Positions 1 through 13,262 of a stretch of DNA of 64,000 nucleotides are shown here, in pieces. A program made the position numbers and the translations under genes. How positions within the stretch are numbered: the stretch's first letter is position 1; each line of letters starts with the position of its first letter. Source of the DNA: Euprymna scolopes. Its lineage: Eukaryota. Below the pieces are notes generated by a model. That model made no database searches and was not told the DNA's origin. It saw nothing but the letters and a program-made list of their open reading frames with translations. The DNA lies in assembly GCA_053919585.1 (NCBI GenBank), contig CM132787.1; one strand, 5' to 3'.

Positions 1-568
1 GAGATTCGTTTCATTTTAGTTGGATTATTTTCCTTTAACATGCGTTACATTTCGTTTAATTTGTAAATAAGTTGTTTTAATATAACATTTATTCTTGTTC
101 ATTTGTAGGTTAGTTGCTTTAATATGGAATCCCGCTGTTTTAATTTGAGGTTCGTTTTAATTTTCTATGAAGTTCATTTTCTTTTAATTTTTTTTTCAAT
201 TTCATCCATTTTTTTCAATTTTGATTTCGTTTCTTTTGATTTCTTTTCTTAAAGTTTAAATTTGGGATAATTCGATCCACTTGGTTTAATTTGAAGCTCC
301 CTTTTAGGCTCAAAGTCAGAGTGAACAAGTGTTTCTTTATTTGTTCGAACCCTCTCTTTCTTTCTTTCTTTCTTTCTTTTTTTCAAAACGCTTTTGTCCA
401 ATTATCTCTTATCTATTGCATCTTATTTTTATTATTGTTTTCTTTTTATCATCTCATCAATTTCTGATTATTTTTTATCATGTGTGCTTGTTCTTGTTTT
501 CTCTTTTCGTTTGATTTGCTTTATTTCCTTACATAGTTCAGATTACTGACAATTATTTCTCATTTTAA

Positions 569-622
569 TTCTTCTTCTTCTTCTTCTTCTTCTTCTTCTT
601 CTTCTTCTTCTTCTTCTTCTTC
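569..622. repeat. (CTT)n microsatellite
   Basis: Pure CTT run read directly. Confidence 0.95.
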
Positions 623-760
623 GCTATTTCCGAATGTGTGGCACGTTTTTCCAATGTCACTTTTCTCTTTAAATTTCACTTCACAAAATCTGTTTCTTTC
701 AATATAGATAAAATTACGAGAAAATGTTTTTGTATGGCGCTATCATAACTTTGGTACTTA

Positions 761-764
<4 letters not shown>

Positions 765-833
<69 letters not shown>
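765..833. repeat. (TA)n microsatellite (one of many, e.g. 25897-25978, 26094-26160, 29577-29639, 38994-39167, 40858-40914, 41211-41277, 42622-42682, 49693-49767)
   Basis: Direct reading. Confidence 0.95.
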
Positions 834-836
<3 letters not shown>

Positions 837-2287
837 CTATCAACGGAATACTAAAATCAAAACTTCAATAGCCTAAAATAAAAGACAAAAAGATTAATTC
901 CGTAAAAATTCTATCAGGTTTACAGAGATGCAGATGTGAAGCATTCGTCGAATGAAGGATAAATAATGATTAAAAAAAAACAAAAACAATGCGAATAATG
1001 ATTAAAAACAATTCAATAACTATTGAGAACGAATGTAAGAAAACGCAGCATTTTTCTTTAACTCCCGGACGGCACCAGATATTCCTGCCAGCGAAGAATT
1101 GGAATACAATCAAATAAAATGCATATTACACCAGGAAAGGAAACATCCGTTTTCTCTTTTATACGTCGGAATCTCAAATTCGAACGCAATCCCGTTTTTA
1201 ATCCATCAGTTTTCACTGAAAGAAACCCGAACAAATCAGCGACAAAACCAAGCATGGTTGAGAAACAAGCAGAAATAATGTTTTGATTTTATAGAGTACA
1301 TAAAAGCAGTGCGTGAAAAGATTACGCAATATACTTTATAAAATTATTCTGCACAAATAGAATAAAAATAAAACCAATAAAAATTAGAGTACAACTATTC
1401 TTAAGATGCGTCCAGACAATATAAACGTGTTAAATATTAGGTGAGTATAATTTTATATAATTTAATTGAGAATAACAAGAAATATGGTTCAGTCGCGATC
1501 AACTGAATCTACTCACACCCCTAGAAACGGTTATTACGTGCTATTATGTGCTAGAAACGGTTATTACGCCACATGGCTCAAGAATGAGTGAAAATTCACA
1601 GGAAAGCACACACATTTGTGAACTTGTATTTTTTTTTTAGAAATGTCCAGATATGATGTTATTAAGCGGTAATTATCGACCTTTCACTGCCTCTCTCATT
1701 CTTGTCATACTTGTCAATGGTTTGGAGCAAAAAAAAAAACAGCCTAAAAAACGAGCAAAACACTTCTTGTCTTAAATCGTATTGATCCTAATTTTCGGGG
1801 AATGAACAAACCTTTTTCCAGGTGACATTTTCCACAAAGAGGGGCCGGGTCGTCACGCGAAACGTTTCAATAATATCTCACACAATTCTCGTACTAACGC
1901 AACACACACGCGCATAAATCAGCACAAAACATAACGCGTAACTTTCTTTTCCCTTATTTTGTCTTTTAATCCTCACATTTCAAAAGCGATGTTTCTAATA
2001 AAAGAGAAAGAATTACCGTTTTTTTTGGGGGGGGATCAGTATCTGTTCCTTGTAAAATTTATCGTCGGCAAGACTTTGATTTCGAACTAGAATTTTAAGC
2101 TTCTTACATCAAGCAGTTTCATGTCTTGTCTAGAGCGATTTTCATGAAAAATCATCGTTCTCTAAATATAATATTGTTTCGTTTTCAACCGCTGAATTAT
2201 TGAAATTAATTTGTTGTTTGTAGCATGACCTTTTATTCTATATTTGTATTCGCTGTGCATTACATAAGGCCTGCGACATTGCTTATA

Positions 2288-4566
2288 TTTTTTTTTATGG
2301 AGTTCACCACTTATCAAGGCCCAATGCCCACTCAGGGATAAGGGTTATTGTGTGTACAGTAATCAAAGGGATAGTGTAGCAATAGTATTGGAGAATTGGT
2401 AAGGTGTCATTACTTAGAGGGGGGCGGTTCATCAGGAATTTGTTTGTGTTGGACTTGAAGGCATCCAGGTTGAAGTCGGGAGGGAAACAGTCAAGCGGAA
2501 CAGAGTTCCACAGCGTGCAGTTCTAAGAAAGAAGCTGTGTTCATGGTATCTACGTTTTGATTTAGGCACAGATAGGGAGTGGGGAAAATTATTGACGGTG
2601 GTTTCAGCTAGTCGGGTGTTTTTTAAGATAGATTGGCGAGGGGGGACCAGAGAATGGAGCTCAGACGAGCACCTGCCATGGAAATAACGATAGGACAATG
2701 ACAGGCTCGCTACGTCTCTTCTGTGGGAAAGAAGTTGCAGGGTAGAGAAAAGGACATCGCCCACCAAGCCACGGAGTCTATTTTGTACTCTGTCAAGCAG
2801 GATAAGCTGTTTTTAGCAGCCCCCGCCCAGATGTGGCAGCAGTACTCCATCTTTGGACGTACTTGGCTCTTATTTAGATAGAGAATTGCATCATTAGTGA
2901 GACATCTTCTGGAGCGGTAGAAGGATCCCACCATTTTCCCAGCGACCTTGGCCACAGACTTGATGCATGTGTTCCATTTAAGATCAGGTGTAAAGGTCAA
3001 ACCCAGGAGCTTATCAAAGCCTGGGGCTTCCATTAGACGAGAGCCATCCATTTCAATTGATGCAAGGTGGGGATCAGAGCGTTTATGATGCAGAGATAGC
3101 AGCTTGGTCTTAGATGCACTAAAGGTAACCACCCACCTCTTTCCCCACTTTACCACGCGCTCAAGATCAGAGGAGAGAGAATCAGAGAGAACATCATCAT
3201 TTACGGCCATATGTGTTGCCGTAGATGGTCGTGTCATCAGCATAGATGCCAACGAAAGATTTTAGTATGTGTTTTGGGAGATCATTGATGTAGATCAGGA
3301 AGAGAGTTGGGCCCAGTATGGACCCCTGAGGGACTTCAGCATTAATACTGTGGGCCTCTGATTTCTGCCCATCAACAACTACTCTTATGAGCCTATCTGA
3401 GAGAAATGACTTAATGATAGAGAAAACATTTCCAGTTATACCGTAGCTGGAAATCTTGTGTAGTAGGCCTTTATGCCAAACCTTATCAAATGCCTTTGAT
3501 ATGTCGAGAGCAATTGCCCTAGAAATAAAGCCTTTCTCGAGAGATTTGCTAATCCTATGAGATATAACCGTTAGCACATCTGCTGCAGATCTAGCAGAGC
3601 GGAAACCATATTGCGTGTCGCTAAGAAGGTTATTTCTGCTGAGGTGGTTGACTACTTCTCTATTTATTGTGGATTCCAGCAACTTACTCATGACACACAG
3701 GAGACTTATTGGTCTGTACTGAGAGGGGGAGGACTTACCACCTGAATTCTTAAATACAGGGCATACTGATGAGGTTTTCCATGGTGTTGGGAAGCACTTC
3801 TCCTTAAGGCAACGCTTAAACAGTTTGGAAAGTATTGGGAAAGTTCTGGTTGTAACTTTTTTAACACTATAATTGGAATACCGTCGGGACCAGTTGCTTT
3901 ACTGGAGTCAAGGTTCTTGATTATCTTGACGACCTCATGCACAGATATTTGTATGTTGCATAGCGTGTTGTCTGTTATAGAAGGGAATATGGGGAGTTGA
4001 TGGCCTTCCTCACACAGGGTAAAATTTGCCGCAAAGCTTTTGGCAAATAGTTTGGCCTTGTCGGATACTATCGAGATGACCTCTGGTCCATTGGTAATGG
4101 TTGGGATAGAACGCACGTTTCTGTTCTAGATCCTATTTGCTATTTGCCAGAACTGGTGGAAACCAAGCCGCTGCTCAGCTACTTTGGACTTAACGGATTG
4201 CGCATATAGTTCTCTTGCATTTTTTATTACTCTTTTACAGTGGTTGCTGGCGGTTCTGAAAGCAGCTTTAGTCTCAGTGCATCTATTACGTTGGTAGCTA
4301 TGGAAAAAGTGATTTTTGTGTGCGATGGCAGCAGCACATTCGGGGGAGAACCATGGCTGGCTGTTAGGTTTTTGTTGGAATTTTTTGGATGGTATGAATT
4401 AGTCTATGCCTACAATTAACCATTCAGTCAGATCTGATACTATAGAGGACACATGCTTTTTAAACATGGAATGAAGAGGGAGATCAGATATGAATGTACG
4501 GAAGCTATCCCAGTCCGCCATAGAGTATCGGTATACAGTATGGTGGAGAGGTACGTCTGTAGATTT
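2288..4566 (-). mobile_element. 5'-truncated CR1/Jockey-group LINE; frameshifted reverse transcriptase ORF2 pseudogene with 3' UTR and A-tail
   Basis: ORF pieces 4399-4677, 3706-4116, 3197-3691, 2710-3252 and 2432-2767 carry non-LTR RT motifs in order: KATGPDGI, QYGFR, LDISKAFDKVWH, VPQGSILGPTLFLIYIND, YADD, KLLGLTF, RPKMEYCCHIW, LSHRRDVASL. The T-run at 2288-2296 is the A-tail. Confidence 0.93.
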
Positions 4567-5039
4567 ATTATATTTCATTTTTATCTTATCTATATAACGG
4601 AATATTTTATTTGGCGATGGAAAAAGTCTTATCGCTCTAAATTTCTGTTTCAAAATTAAGCCCCAGGGGCTGATCAATAAACTATGTCAAACATAAGCAT
4701 TATAGACAAGAAGAGAGACTGATTGAACGATCTTAAAAGATGTGTGGTACCTAAAAAAAGAACAAAGTTTTGTTTGAAATTTTCGTAAGATAGAACTACC
4801 AACAAAAAATATAGCTTTAAGCGTGGCAGATTTATTGACCAACGGACGTATCTATTAATAGTAATGAAACTTTAAATCATTAATACGACAGATAAAGCAA
4901 CGTACCCGTTTATACACTTGTTAACCTGTAGAACCAACACAAAGTTGCAAAGGAGACACGAAAATAAAATAACTCGATTGTATTTTTTTTCTATTGAAAG
5001 AACGACATTTATTTTCGTGTGCTTTCTAGAATAAGACGT

Positions 5040-5195
5040 TATCTTGAAGTTCCGTCCAAATTACCGAGTTCGACAGAAACATTCCCGTGTTCGACAGAAT
5101 ACAATTGAAGAAGGTCGGAGGTTATATCGACCGAGACGTTGTGAAAGTCATACTCAATATGAGAACAGTAGTCCGATGAATAATAATACAAAACA
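5040..5195 (+). mobile_element. Penelope-like pseudo-LTR remnant with degenerate hammerhead (5101-5143)
   Basis: TTGAAGA-aggtcgg...tcgacc-GAGA-cgtt-gtg. Similar to the reverse complement of 33185-33400, which adjoins PLE RT sequence. Confidence 0.65.
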
Positions 5196-5734
5196 TTTTC
5201 TATCGTTTACTATTATTAACAGCCTGTGACAGTTTATATATGTAAGCATTGAAACCGTGACATTTTTAAAAATTTTTGTTCAACGCATGTTTTTTTTAAT
5301 GAAGTGTAATCCTGTGATAGGGGTTGGATTTACAAAGGAAACCTGAACATAAACATGTTTGTTAACATTACATTCAAATTTCTGAATTTGATACAGTCAG
5401 GAATATAGGGAGAACGGGAGGGTATTTAGAAGCAAGCGTTCGAGGATAAAAGCTATTAGAGGATAACATTTATCGGCATCTAAGTACCTTTATAGTGAAG
5501 TGGAGTGATTTTGCTGCTAGTCGGTTATTCACGGGTATTTACGTTTAGGGAATGCAAGTGATCTTACCGCTTTATATTTTTAAGGATTTTTGCAGGTAAC
5601 TCAAATTATTGCTGGAAGTCTAACTGAATGTTGGTCGCTTCAAGTCAGTACGTGGGCCAGAAAGTTTAAGTATTTGAAGTTTGAAACTGTCAATCACCGT
5701 AGTAGGCATATCACCGAGAAAAAATCTTGAATTT

Positions 5735-6500
5735 TTGTTTTTAAATTACATTTTCACCCCAAACAAGCCACATTGCTACTTTGATATAAGGGGCTACTAT
5801 CAAAGACATAAGCCACAGGAGTACTATGTAGAGAGTTGGGCAGCAAGATGTCTGTTCACATTACACTTGAACTTCTGCATGTCAGTACAGTTGGGGGAAG
5901 CAGGGACCCGGAAGGGTGTTCCAAAGTGTAGCAGTTCTGGGGAAGAAACAACTGGAGTAGAAAGCTCTCTTACATCTAGGGATCTCTACTGTGTAGGGAT
6001 GGGATTTAGATTCTAGTCGGGTTTGTTGGGGTATTTACGTCGAGGGACACAAGTGCTTGCAGTTCGTCAGAGCATTCACCATTAAAGTTCTTGTATAACA
6101 GGAAGAATGACGCAACATTTTGTCGATGGGGCAGAAGCTGAAGCTTAGATGACAGTTAAGGACCTATCAGGTTGGCGACTCTCTTTTGAATCCTGTCTAG
6201 GAGCGAGATACTAGTAGCAGATGCACCAGCCCAAATGTGACAACAATACTCCATGCATGGGCGAATGGTGGCCTTATAGAGGTACTAGATACTTTAATGC
6301 GTTAGTAGTTTTCTAGCGCGGTAGAGAGAGAGAGTCTACCATCTTCACAACGGTCTTGGCAATGCTGTCAATGTAACTGTTCCAACTCATGTTCCCTGTG
6401 AACGTTAGGCCGACGAATTTAAAAGAAGTACTTTCAGGTAATGTGTTTTTGGTCATTGTTATTGGTGATAGATAAGGTCTCTTGTAATTATTGAATGATA
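5735..6500 (-). mobile_element. CR1-type LINE 3' fragment (second subfamily)
   Basis: Close match to 50245-50975, whose ORF carries FKLLGLTF, IRPCMEYCCHIW and LSHRQNVASL. Confidence 0.88.
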
Positions 6501-6762
6501 GTCTTCAAATAATTAACAAGGGGTGCAATAAATAAATAAATAAATGATTTTATCTTAAAGCAAAGAAATTGTTTTAAATTGCTAAGATTGAACATAATTA
6601 TCACAAGCAAAAATTAGCAATACCAATCCCGCCAGACAACAATTGTAAAGAATTCCAAGTAAAGAATGATAGTATTAATCAAATCACGCTCAGCAATGGT
6701 AGCAAGACGAAAAGCTATGATTGAATAATCCAAAAAGATTCAGCATATTCTATACAACGATT

Positions 6763-7059
6763 AGGTCCTGGATATGACCTTAAACTACATCCAGTAGTGA
6801 GGCCCCAGCTTGCGGGCTTTGGGGAGTGTGGAACCACCATTTAATTGCCATTGCTCCCAGATCCACTCTGACCCGGAGTGGTAGTACCTGTTAGGGTCCC
6901 AACTATGGGTTAAATAGAAACCGACTTAAAAAAAAAACAACAAATATACTCTATTAAAAAATTGTTCTTCAAAATCACTGGATTCGGCATTAAATAACCT
7001 GAAAAGGGTTGATATGCCGTAAAACAAAAACAACCAACCAACCAATCAACCAACCAATC
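6763..7059 (+). mobile_element. SINE-like retroposon, copy 1, with (CAAC)n tail and 11-bp TSD
   Basis: TSD atacaacgatt at 6752-6762 and 7060-7070. Homologous to 32102-32375 and 63064-63337. Confidence 0.9.
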
Positions 7060-7416
7060 ATACAACGATTCTGGTACCTTGGTTCGTTTTTTTCATAACT
7101 AGTTATCTATACATAGTCACTCAAACCTTTGCGATCATACTCAATACAATTATGCAAAAATTACTGCAACAAAACATTTTGGCGCAATGAATTGGTGTGT
7201 GAAGCAAGCACGATATCAAGCATTACAAATGTACATTAAAAATAGCCATTACTTTGCCTGAAACATTATCTCACGGATTTGTTTGTATCGAGGTATTAGT
7301 TTTTGTTTTTAATTTTTTTTTGGCTCATTGCCCATCAAAATATTCATCGATCCGTTTATGTTTGTTTAGCCCTATTTTATTAACAACTACTCTAGTGTTA
7401 TTGATTATCGCGTATA

Positions 7417-8315
7417 CAGGGTGGAACGATAAAAGTGTCGCCCTAAAGAAAACAACACTACAGTTTTATATTTACATTTTAATTGAAAACTTTAATTCAG
7501 ATAACTTAATTATGTAGTAGAGCTGACATCTATTCGATGTAACCGCCTTCAGCCTCAATCACCGCCTTGATATGGATAAGAAACTGGAAGCATGCTTTTT
7601 CGACAAGCGCCGGCGGGAGCTCGGCGAATACTCGGCGGATGGCGGCGATCAGGCTGGTTTTGGTGTAATGGGAAGTCATGTTGGTGATGTTCTCAACGTA
7701 TGATCAAACGTATGATCAGTAGGTTCAGGTGAGTAAAGGAAGAGGGCCAGTGAGATTATAGCACAAAGTCCTAGCACCCCTTCTAAAGTCAAACCTTGGT
7801 CTCTTTGGACTTCTGGGGCGGCGCTGAGTTCTGCTACCACACCCGGGGTCTCAAGATCTGCCAGCGACCATCTGATTGCATCAGGGTCTACCACTCTTTT
7901 CAGCTAATCCAGGTAAACTTTGGTGTTGACTTTCAAGCCGACTTCGTAGATATGATGTGGCATTATAAACCCTCAGTTGAAACCATAACAAAGATCATAG
8001 TCGTAGCCAGAAACTTTGTTTTCATCATCCTAGGCACATTTCTGTTATTCGTGGCAATTCAGCGATACAGTTTGCGGGTGCTGGCAATGGTTCTGTTGTC
8101 ATAACTTTGATATGTAGAGAACATGAGTTGTACAGCGGCGCATCTCTAATCTCGCTAGTTGAACATTGTGTAACTTTCAGACATGATAGAAGGCTCCTAT
8201 CGCTCTTGAGATTTGTACACAACTGATCAGTAGTAAATGGTCTGTAACAAAAAATAAAAAGCGGCGTTCCTCAAACGGAAATGGAATGATGTCGTCTTTC
8301 CTAGGGCAACACCTG
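7417..8315 (-). mobile_element. Degenerate Tc1/mariner element (maT/DD37D-like), internally deleted
   Basis: The left end is TA|cagggtgg...gtgtcgccctaaagaaa with a partial inverted match near 8297-8315. The minus strand encodes QQNSAP and the C-terminus ...LVEKACFQFLIHIKAVIEAEGGYIE*. Confidence 0.75.
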
Positions 8316-8667
8316 TGGACTCTTTGTCAGTAACTATGATAAGGAAAATAGCAAATACAAAAATTTCATACACCAGTTCTCGTTAGATCCGCGGATTTTA
8401 TCAACGTTGAGCCAATACTACATGAGCCACCACGTCTTGTATGTCAGGTATTTTGAGGTCGGAGTTTACTATTGGTTAATTACGTCTATTTGTGTTGTTT
8501 TGACTGCAACACACAATTACACGAATTTTATTTAAATGCAGACTTCCTTCGTTACTTAAATTAAAAAAAAACCATTCAATATGCATACGAATTAATTATT
8601 TACATTCCAAATAAAAAAATTAGTTTAATAAAACCAATAATTAAATTTCGGTACTTATAAGAATAAG

Positions 8668-8896
8668 AACTGTGCTATTGTCGTAAGTTTCCGGGCAGTC
8701 CAGGTAAAATACCAGAAAATGCCGAACAAAAGTTTTATGATTGTTTTTCGCACAAATGTTAGACAATTTTTTTCAATGAAATAAATATTTTTTTTGTTAT
8801 TACGAAGATAATTCAATTCGATTTCATTGACTCAGCGTTTCGGCACCTTTCAGAGTTTTATATAAACTGTCGGGAAAATACCGACGACAGCACGGT
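8668..8896. mobile_element. Small MITE-like imperfect inverted repeat
   Basis: actgtgctattgtcg...ccgggcagt is an imperfect inverse of actgtcggg...cgacgacagcacggt. Confidence 0.4.
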
Positions 8897-9458
8897 CTCA
8901 AAAAGCAAAGTCTGAGGGAAAGTTATGTCTGAAACTTGGCGGACAAGACAGGTACAGACTGAATTTTATTTGTACCAAAAATGGTTTGAGTTCAGAAAAG
9001 ATTGTAAATTTTATTAATGATTGCATGGCTGAGTGGTAATTTTGAAGGGGGGAGTGGTCACATCATACTCTTTGGGTTTATTCATTTTTACAATACAAAT
9101 ACATTATTGTTTATAACGTTTTATTAAATTTTGTAGAGTTAAGCATAAGGAGTTATTTAATGAGAGAAAGTGATACACATCTTGGATATCGATAAAAATT
9201 TCTATCCAACTTAAATAAATTTAGGCATTTTGTAACATTTTACAATTATACACAAGTAAGCACATGTACCTTACGTAAGCGCGCAGTTTTGCACTTTTGA
9301 CATTTTCTGCCGACGAGCGGTCAAGAAAACAATAAAAAAACAAAATCTTTTTACATACGTGCATGGTTGATTGTCTTCATTATCGCTTTTCCATGCATCG
9401 GCCGTTATCTCTCGTGTTTGCTGACCTCTGACCTTTTCCGTTTGACAAAAGGTACCAA

Positions 9459-9542
9459 AGTTATGTATCGGATGGTTCCAGCCATCCATTACATAACACC
9501 GGTGTTATGTAATGGATGGCTGGAACTATCCGATACATAACT
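9459..9542. repeat. 84-bp loopless palindrome
   Basis: 42-bp arms centred at 9500/9501 (acc|ggt), one mismatch. Confidence 0.92.
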
Positions 9543-10446
9543 CCAAACTACTTATGCATGAGTACACAATGAACACTAGCTGTCTTTCAAAGGTTTAATT
9601 TACAGAAAGATTGTCGATGGGAGAAGAGATTCTATCTAATACTATTTACTTCTTAACTTGGTTTTTACTTAGGGACAGAGTCTCAAGGCAACATTGATGT
9701 ACATTTATGCATTGTTGGTACATAATTCATCTAATTAAAAAAAATACATTTATGTTAAGATTCATTTATTTGTATAAATAAAACAGTACATTTATGTATG
9801 TGTCTTTCTGAAAATTTTTTACCATAAACTCCTGAACTGCTGGTCACATAAATTAACAGGAAATATGACTCATACACCAAAGATGGTTTATAACGAGTAA
9901 AATCTTTGATTGGATGAATAAATAACGCGTACAGAAATATGTCGGCAACTTCAGATGCAAAATTTTTATTTCAATTTGCCGACATTTCTCTATTGCTTTT
10001 ACACAAGCGAAAATTCATTTATAGCTTGATGTGTTTTAATTTTAAATATTTCTTATCTATTTGTCGATAGCTCAAACGGTAGGGAACGCGGTTGGAGCGC
10101 TAAGTGTTTTCGTGTAGATTTTTATTGATGGCAGCCAATACATTTTTAAAAATAAATATTAAATGATAATATCAATATTAAATGATAAAATCTATATTAA
10201 ATGATAAAATCTATATTAAATAATAGGTACGATATAATATTTAATAGAAAAGTGGCTTTGTAATAATAAATACGAAATCTGCATGGATTAAAACGTATTT
10301 AAACGTATTTTACGACCAGGCAAGGCCGGGTAATCTCCGGTATTTAATTGAAAAATACTGAAATTTTATGAGATTTTTGGAATGTATTAGTTATTCACAA
10401 AATGAATTAATTTAAAATTCAGTTCGCGTCTCTAGTATTATAGTTA

Positions 10447-12992
10447 AAGCTGTATTTTATGTGTTTTTACTACAAGCTGTATTTTATATTTTTTGCTACA
10501 AGCTGTATTTTACGTGTTTTTGCTACAAGGTATAATTTATGTGTTTTTACTACAAGCTGTATTTTATGTGTTTTTACAACAAGCTGTATTTTATGTTTTT
10601 TTACTACAAGCTGTATTTTATGTGTTTTTACTACAAACTGTATTTTATGTTTTTTTGCTACAATCTGTATTTTATGTTTTTTTACTACAAGCTGTATTTT
10701 ATGTGTTTTTACTACAAGCTGTGTTTTATGTGTTTTTACTACCAGCTGTATTTTATGTGTTTTGCTACCAGCTGTATTTTATGTGTTTTTACTAAAAGCT
10801 GTATTTTATTTTTTTACTACAAGTTGTATTTTATGTATTTTTAATACAAGCTGTATTTTATGTGTTTTTACTAAAAGCTGTATTTTTTTTTTTGTTACAA
10901 GCTGTATTTTATGTGTTTTTACTACAAGCTGTATTTTATGTGTTTTTACTACAAGCTGTGTTTTATGTGTTTTTACTACCAGCTGTATTTTATGTGTTTT
11001 GCTACAAGCTGTATTTTATGTGTTTTTACTAAAAGCTGTATTTTATTTTTTTACTACAAGTTGTATTTTATGTATTTTTAATACAAGCTGTATTTTATGT
11101 GTTTTTACTACAATCTGTATTTTATGTTTTTTTACTACAAGCTGTATTTTATGTGTTTTTACTACAAGCTGTGTTTTATGTGTTTTTACTACCAGCTGTA
11201 TTTTATGTGTTTTGCTACAAGCTGTATTTTATGTGTTTTTACAAAAAGCTGTATTTTATTTTTTACTACAAGTTGTATTTTATGTATTTTTAATACAAGC
11301 TGTATTTTATGTGTTTTTACTACAAGCTGTATTTTATGTTTTTTGTTACAAGCTGTATTTTATGTGTTTTTACTACAAGCTGTATTTTTTTGTTTTACTA
11401 CAAGCTGTATGTTATGTGTTTTACTACAAGCTGTATTTTATGTGTTTTTACTACAAGCTGTATTTTATGTGTTTTTACTACAAGCTGTATTTAATGTGTT
11501 TTAACTACAAGCTGTATTTTATGTGTTTTTACTACAAACTGTATTTTATATGTTTTTTGCTACAAGCTGTATTTTATGTGTTTTTACTACAAGCTGTATT
11601 TTATGTTTTTTGCTACAAGCTGTATTTATGTGTTGTTACTACAAGCTGTATTTTATGTTTTTTGCAACAAGCTGTATTTTATGTGTTTTTTACTACAAGC
11701 TGTATTTTATGTGATTTTACTACAAGCTGTATTTAATGTGTTTTAACTACAAGCTGTATTTTATGTGTTTTTACTACAAACTGTATTTTATATGTTTTTT
11801 GCTACAAGCTGTATTTTATGTGTTTTTACTACAAGCTGTATTTTATGTTTTTTGCTACAAGCTGTATTTATGTGTTGTTACTACAAGCTGTATTTTATGT
11901 TTTTTGCAACAAGCTGTATTTTATGTGTTTTTTACTACAAGCTGTATTTTATGTGTTTTTACTAAAAGCTGTATTTTATTTTTTTACTACAAGTTGTATT
12001 TTATGTATTTTTAATACAAGCTGTATTTTATGTGTTTTTACTACAATCTGTATTTTATGTTTTTTTACTACAAGCTGTATTTTATGTGTTTTTACTACAA
12101 GCTGTGTTTTATGTGTTTTTACTACCAGCTGTATTTTATGTGTTTTGCTACAAGCTGTATTTTATGTGTTTTTACAAAAAGCTGTATTTTATTTTTTACT
12201 ACAAGTTGTATTTTATGTATTTTTAATACAAGCTGTATTTTATGTGTTTTTACTACAAGCTGTATTTTATGTTTTTTGTTACAAGCTGTATTTTATGTGT
12301 TTTTACTACAAGCTGTATTTTTTTGTTTTACTACAAGCTGTATGTTATGTGTTTTACTACAAGCTGTATTTTATGTGTTTTTACTACAAGCTGTATTTTA
12401 TGTGTTTTTACTACAAGCTGTATTTAATGTGTTTTAACTACAAGCTGTATTTTATGTGTTTTTACTACAAACTGTATTTTATATGTTTTTTGCTACAAGC
12501 TGTATTTTATGTGTTTTTACTACAAGCTGTATTTTATGTTTTTTGCTACAAGCTGTATTTATGTGTTGTTACTACAAGCTGTATTTTATGTTTTTTGCAA
12601 CAAGCTGTATTTTATGTGTTTTTTACTACAAGCTGTATTTTATGTGATTTTACTACAAGCTGTATTTAATGTGTTTTAACTACAAGCTGTATTTTATGTG
12701 TTTTTACTACAAACTGTATTTTATATGTTTTTTGCTACAAGCTGTATTTTATGTGTTTTTACTACAAGCTGTATTTTATGTTTTTTGCTACAAGCTGTAT
12801 TTATGTGTTGTTACTACAAGCTGTATTTTATGTTTTTTGCAACAAGCTGTATTTTATGTGTTTTTTACTACAAGCTGTATTTTATGTGATTTTACTACAA
12901 GCTGTATTTTATGTGTTTTTACTGCAAGCTCTATTTTATGTTTTTACTACAAGCTGTATTTTATGTGTTTTTGCTACAACCTGTATTTTGTA
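10447..12992. repeat. 27-bp satellite array A (ACTACAAGCTGTATTTTATGTGTTTTT)n with higher-order duplications
   Basis: The unit is read directly and gives the 9-aa TTSCILCVF periodicity. Identical ORF translations recur at offsets of 933 bp and 242 bp. Confidence 0.97.
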
Positions 12993-13262
12993 TTTTTCGT
13001 TGGTGGGGAATTTTTTTATTTTATAAATATCAGATTATGATTCTCGTTCAATCCTGAGCAACACCTGGTATTTCTGATAATGAGGAATTAAATTCATTGA
13101 ATATATTGATATCGTTCTTGTACTTTATTCAAATATTCAAATATTTCGATAAACAATGTCTTCTTAGACGTAGTTTTCTTATATGGTAGCCTAAAAATAA
13201 TAGGTTGTTCTGTGAGACAAAACGCCTTCTGAGGCGAGGAGAAATAGAAAAAATAAACAAAA
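12993..13262. repeat. Non-satellite spacer, duplicated at about 16570-16840
   Basis: ttttcgttggtgggg...gaggcgaggagaaatag...aaacaaaaca is present at both loci. Confidence 0.9.

Noticed and set aside
1820-1870. gcgaaacgtttc resembling a hammerhead 3' half
   Set aside because: There is no CTGANGA core or stem II upstream.
10065-10110. tRNA-like A box (tagctcaaacgg)
   Set aside because: No B box or cloverleaf. No intact tRNA gene was seen anywhere in the window.
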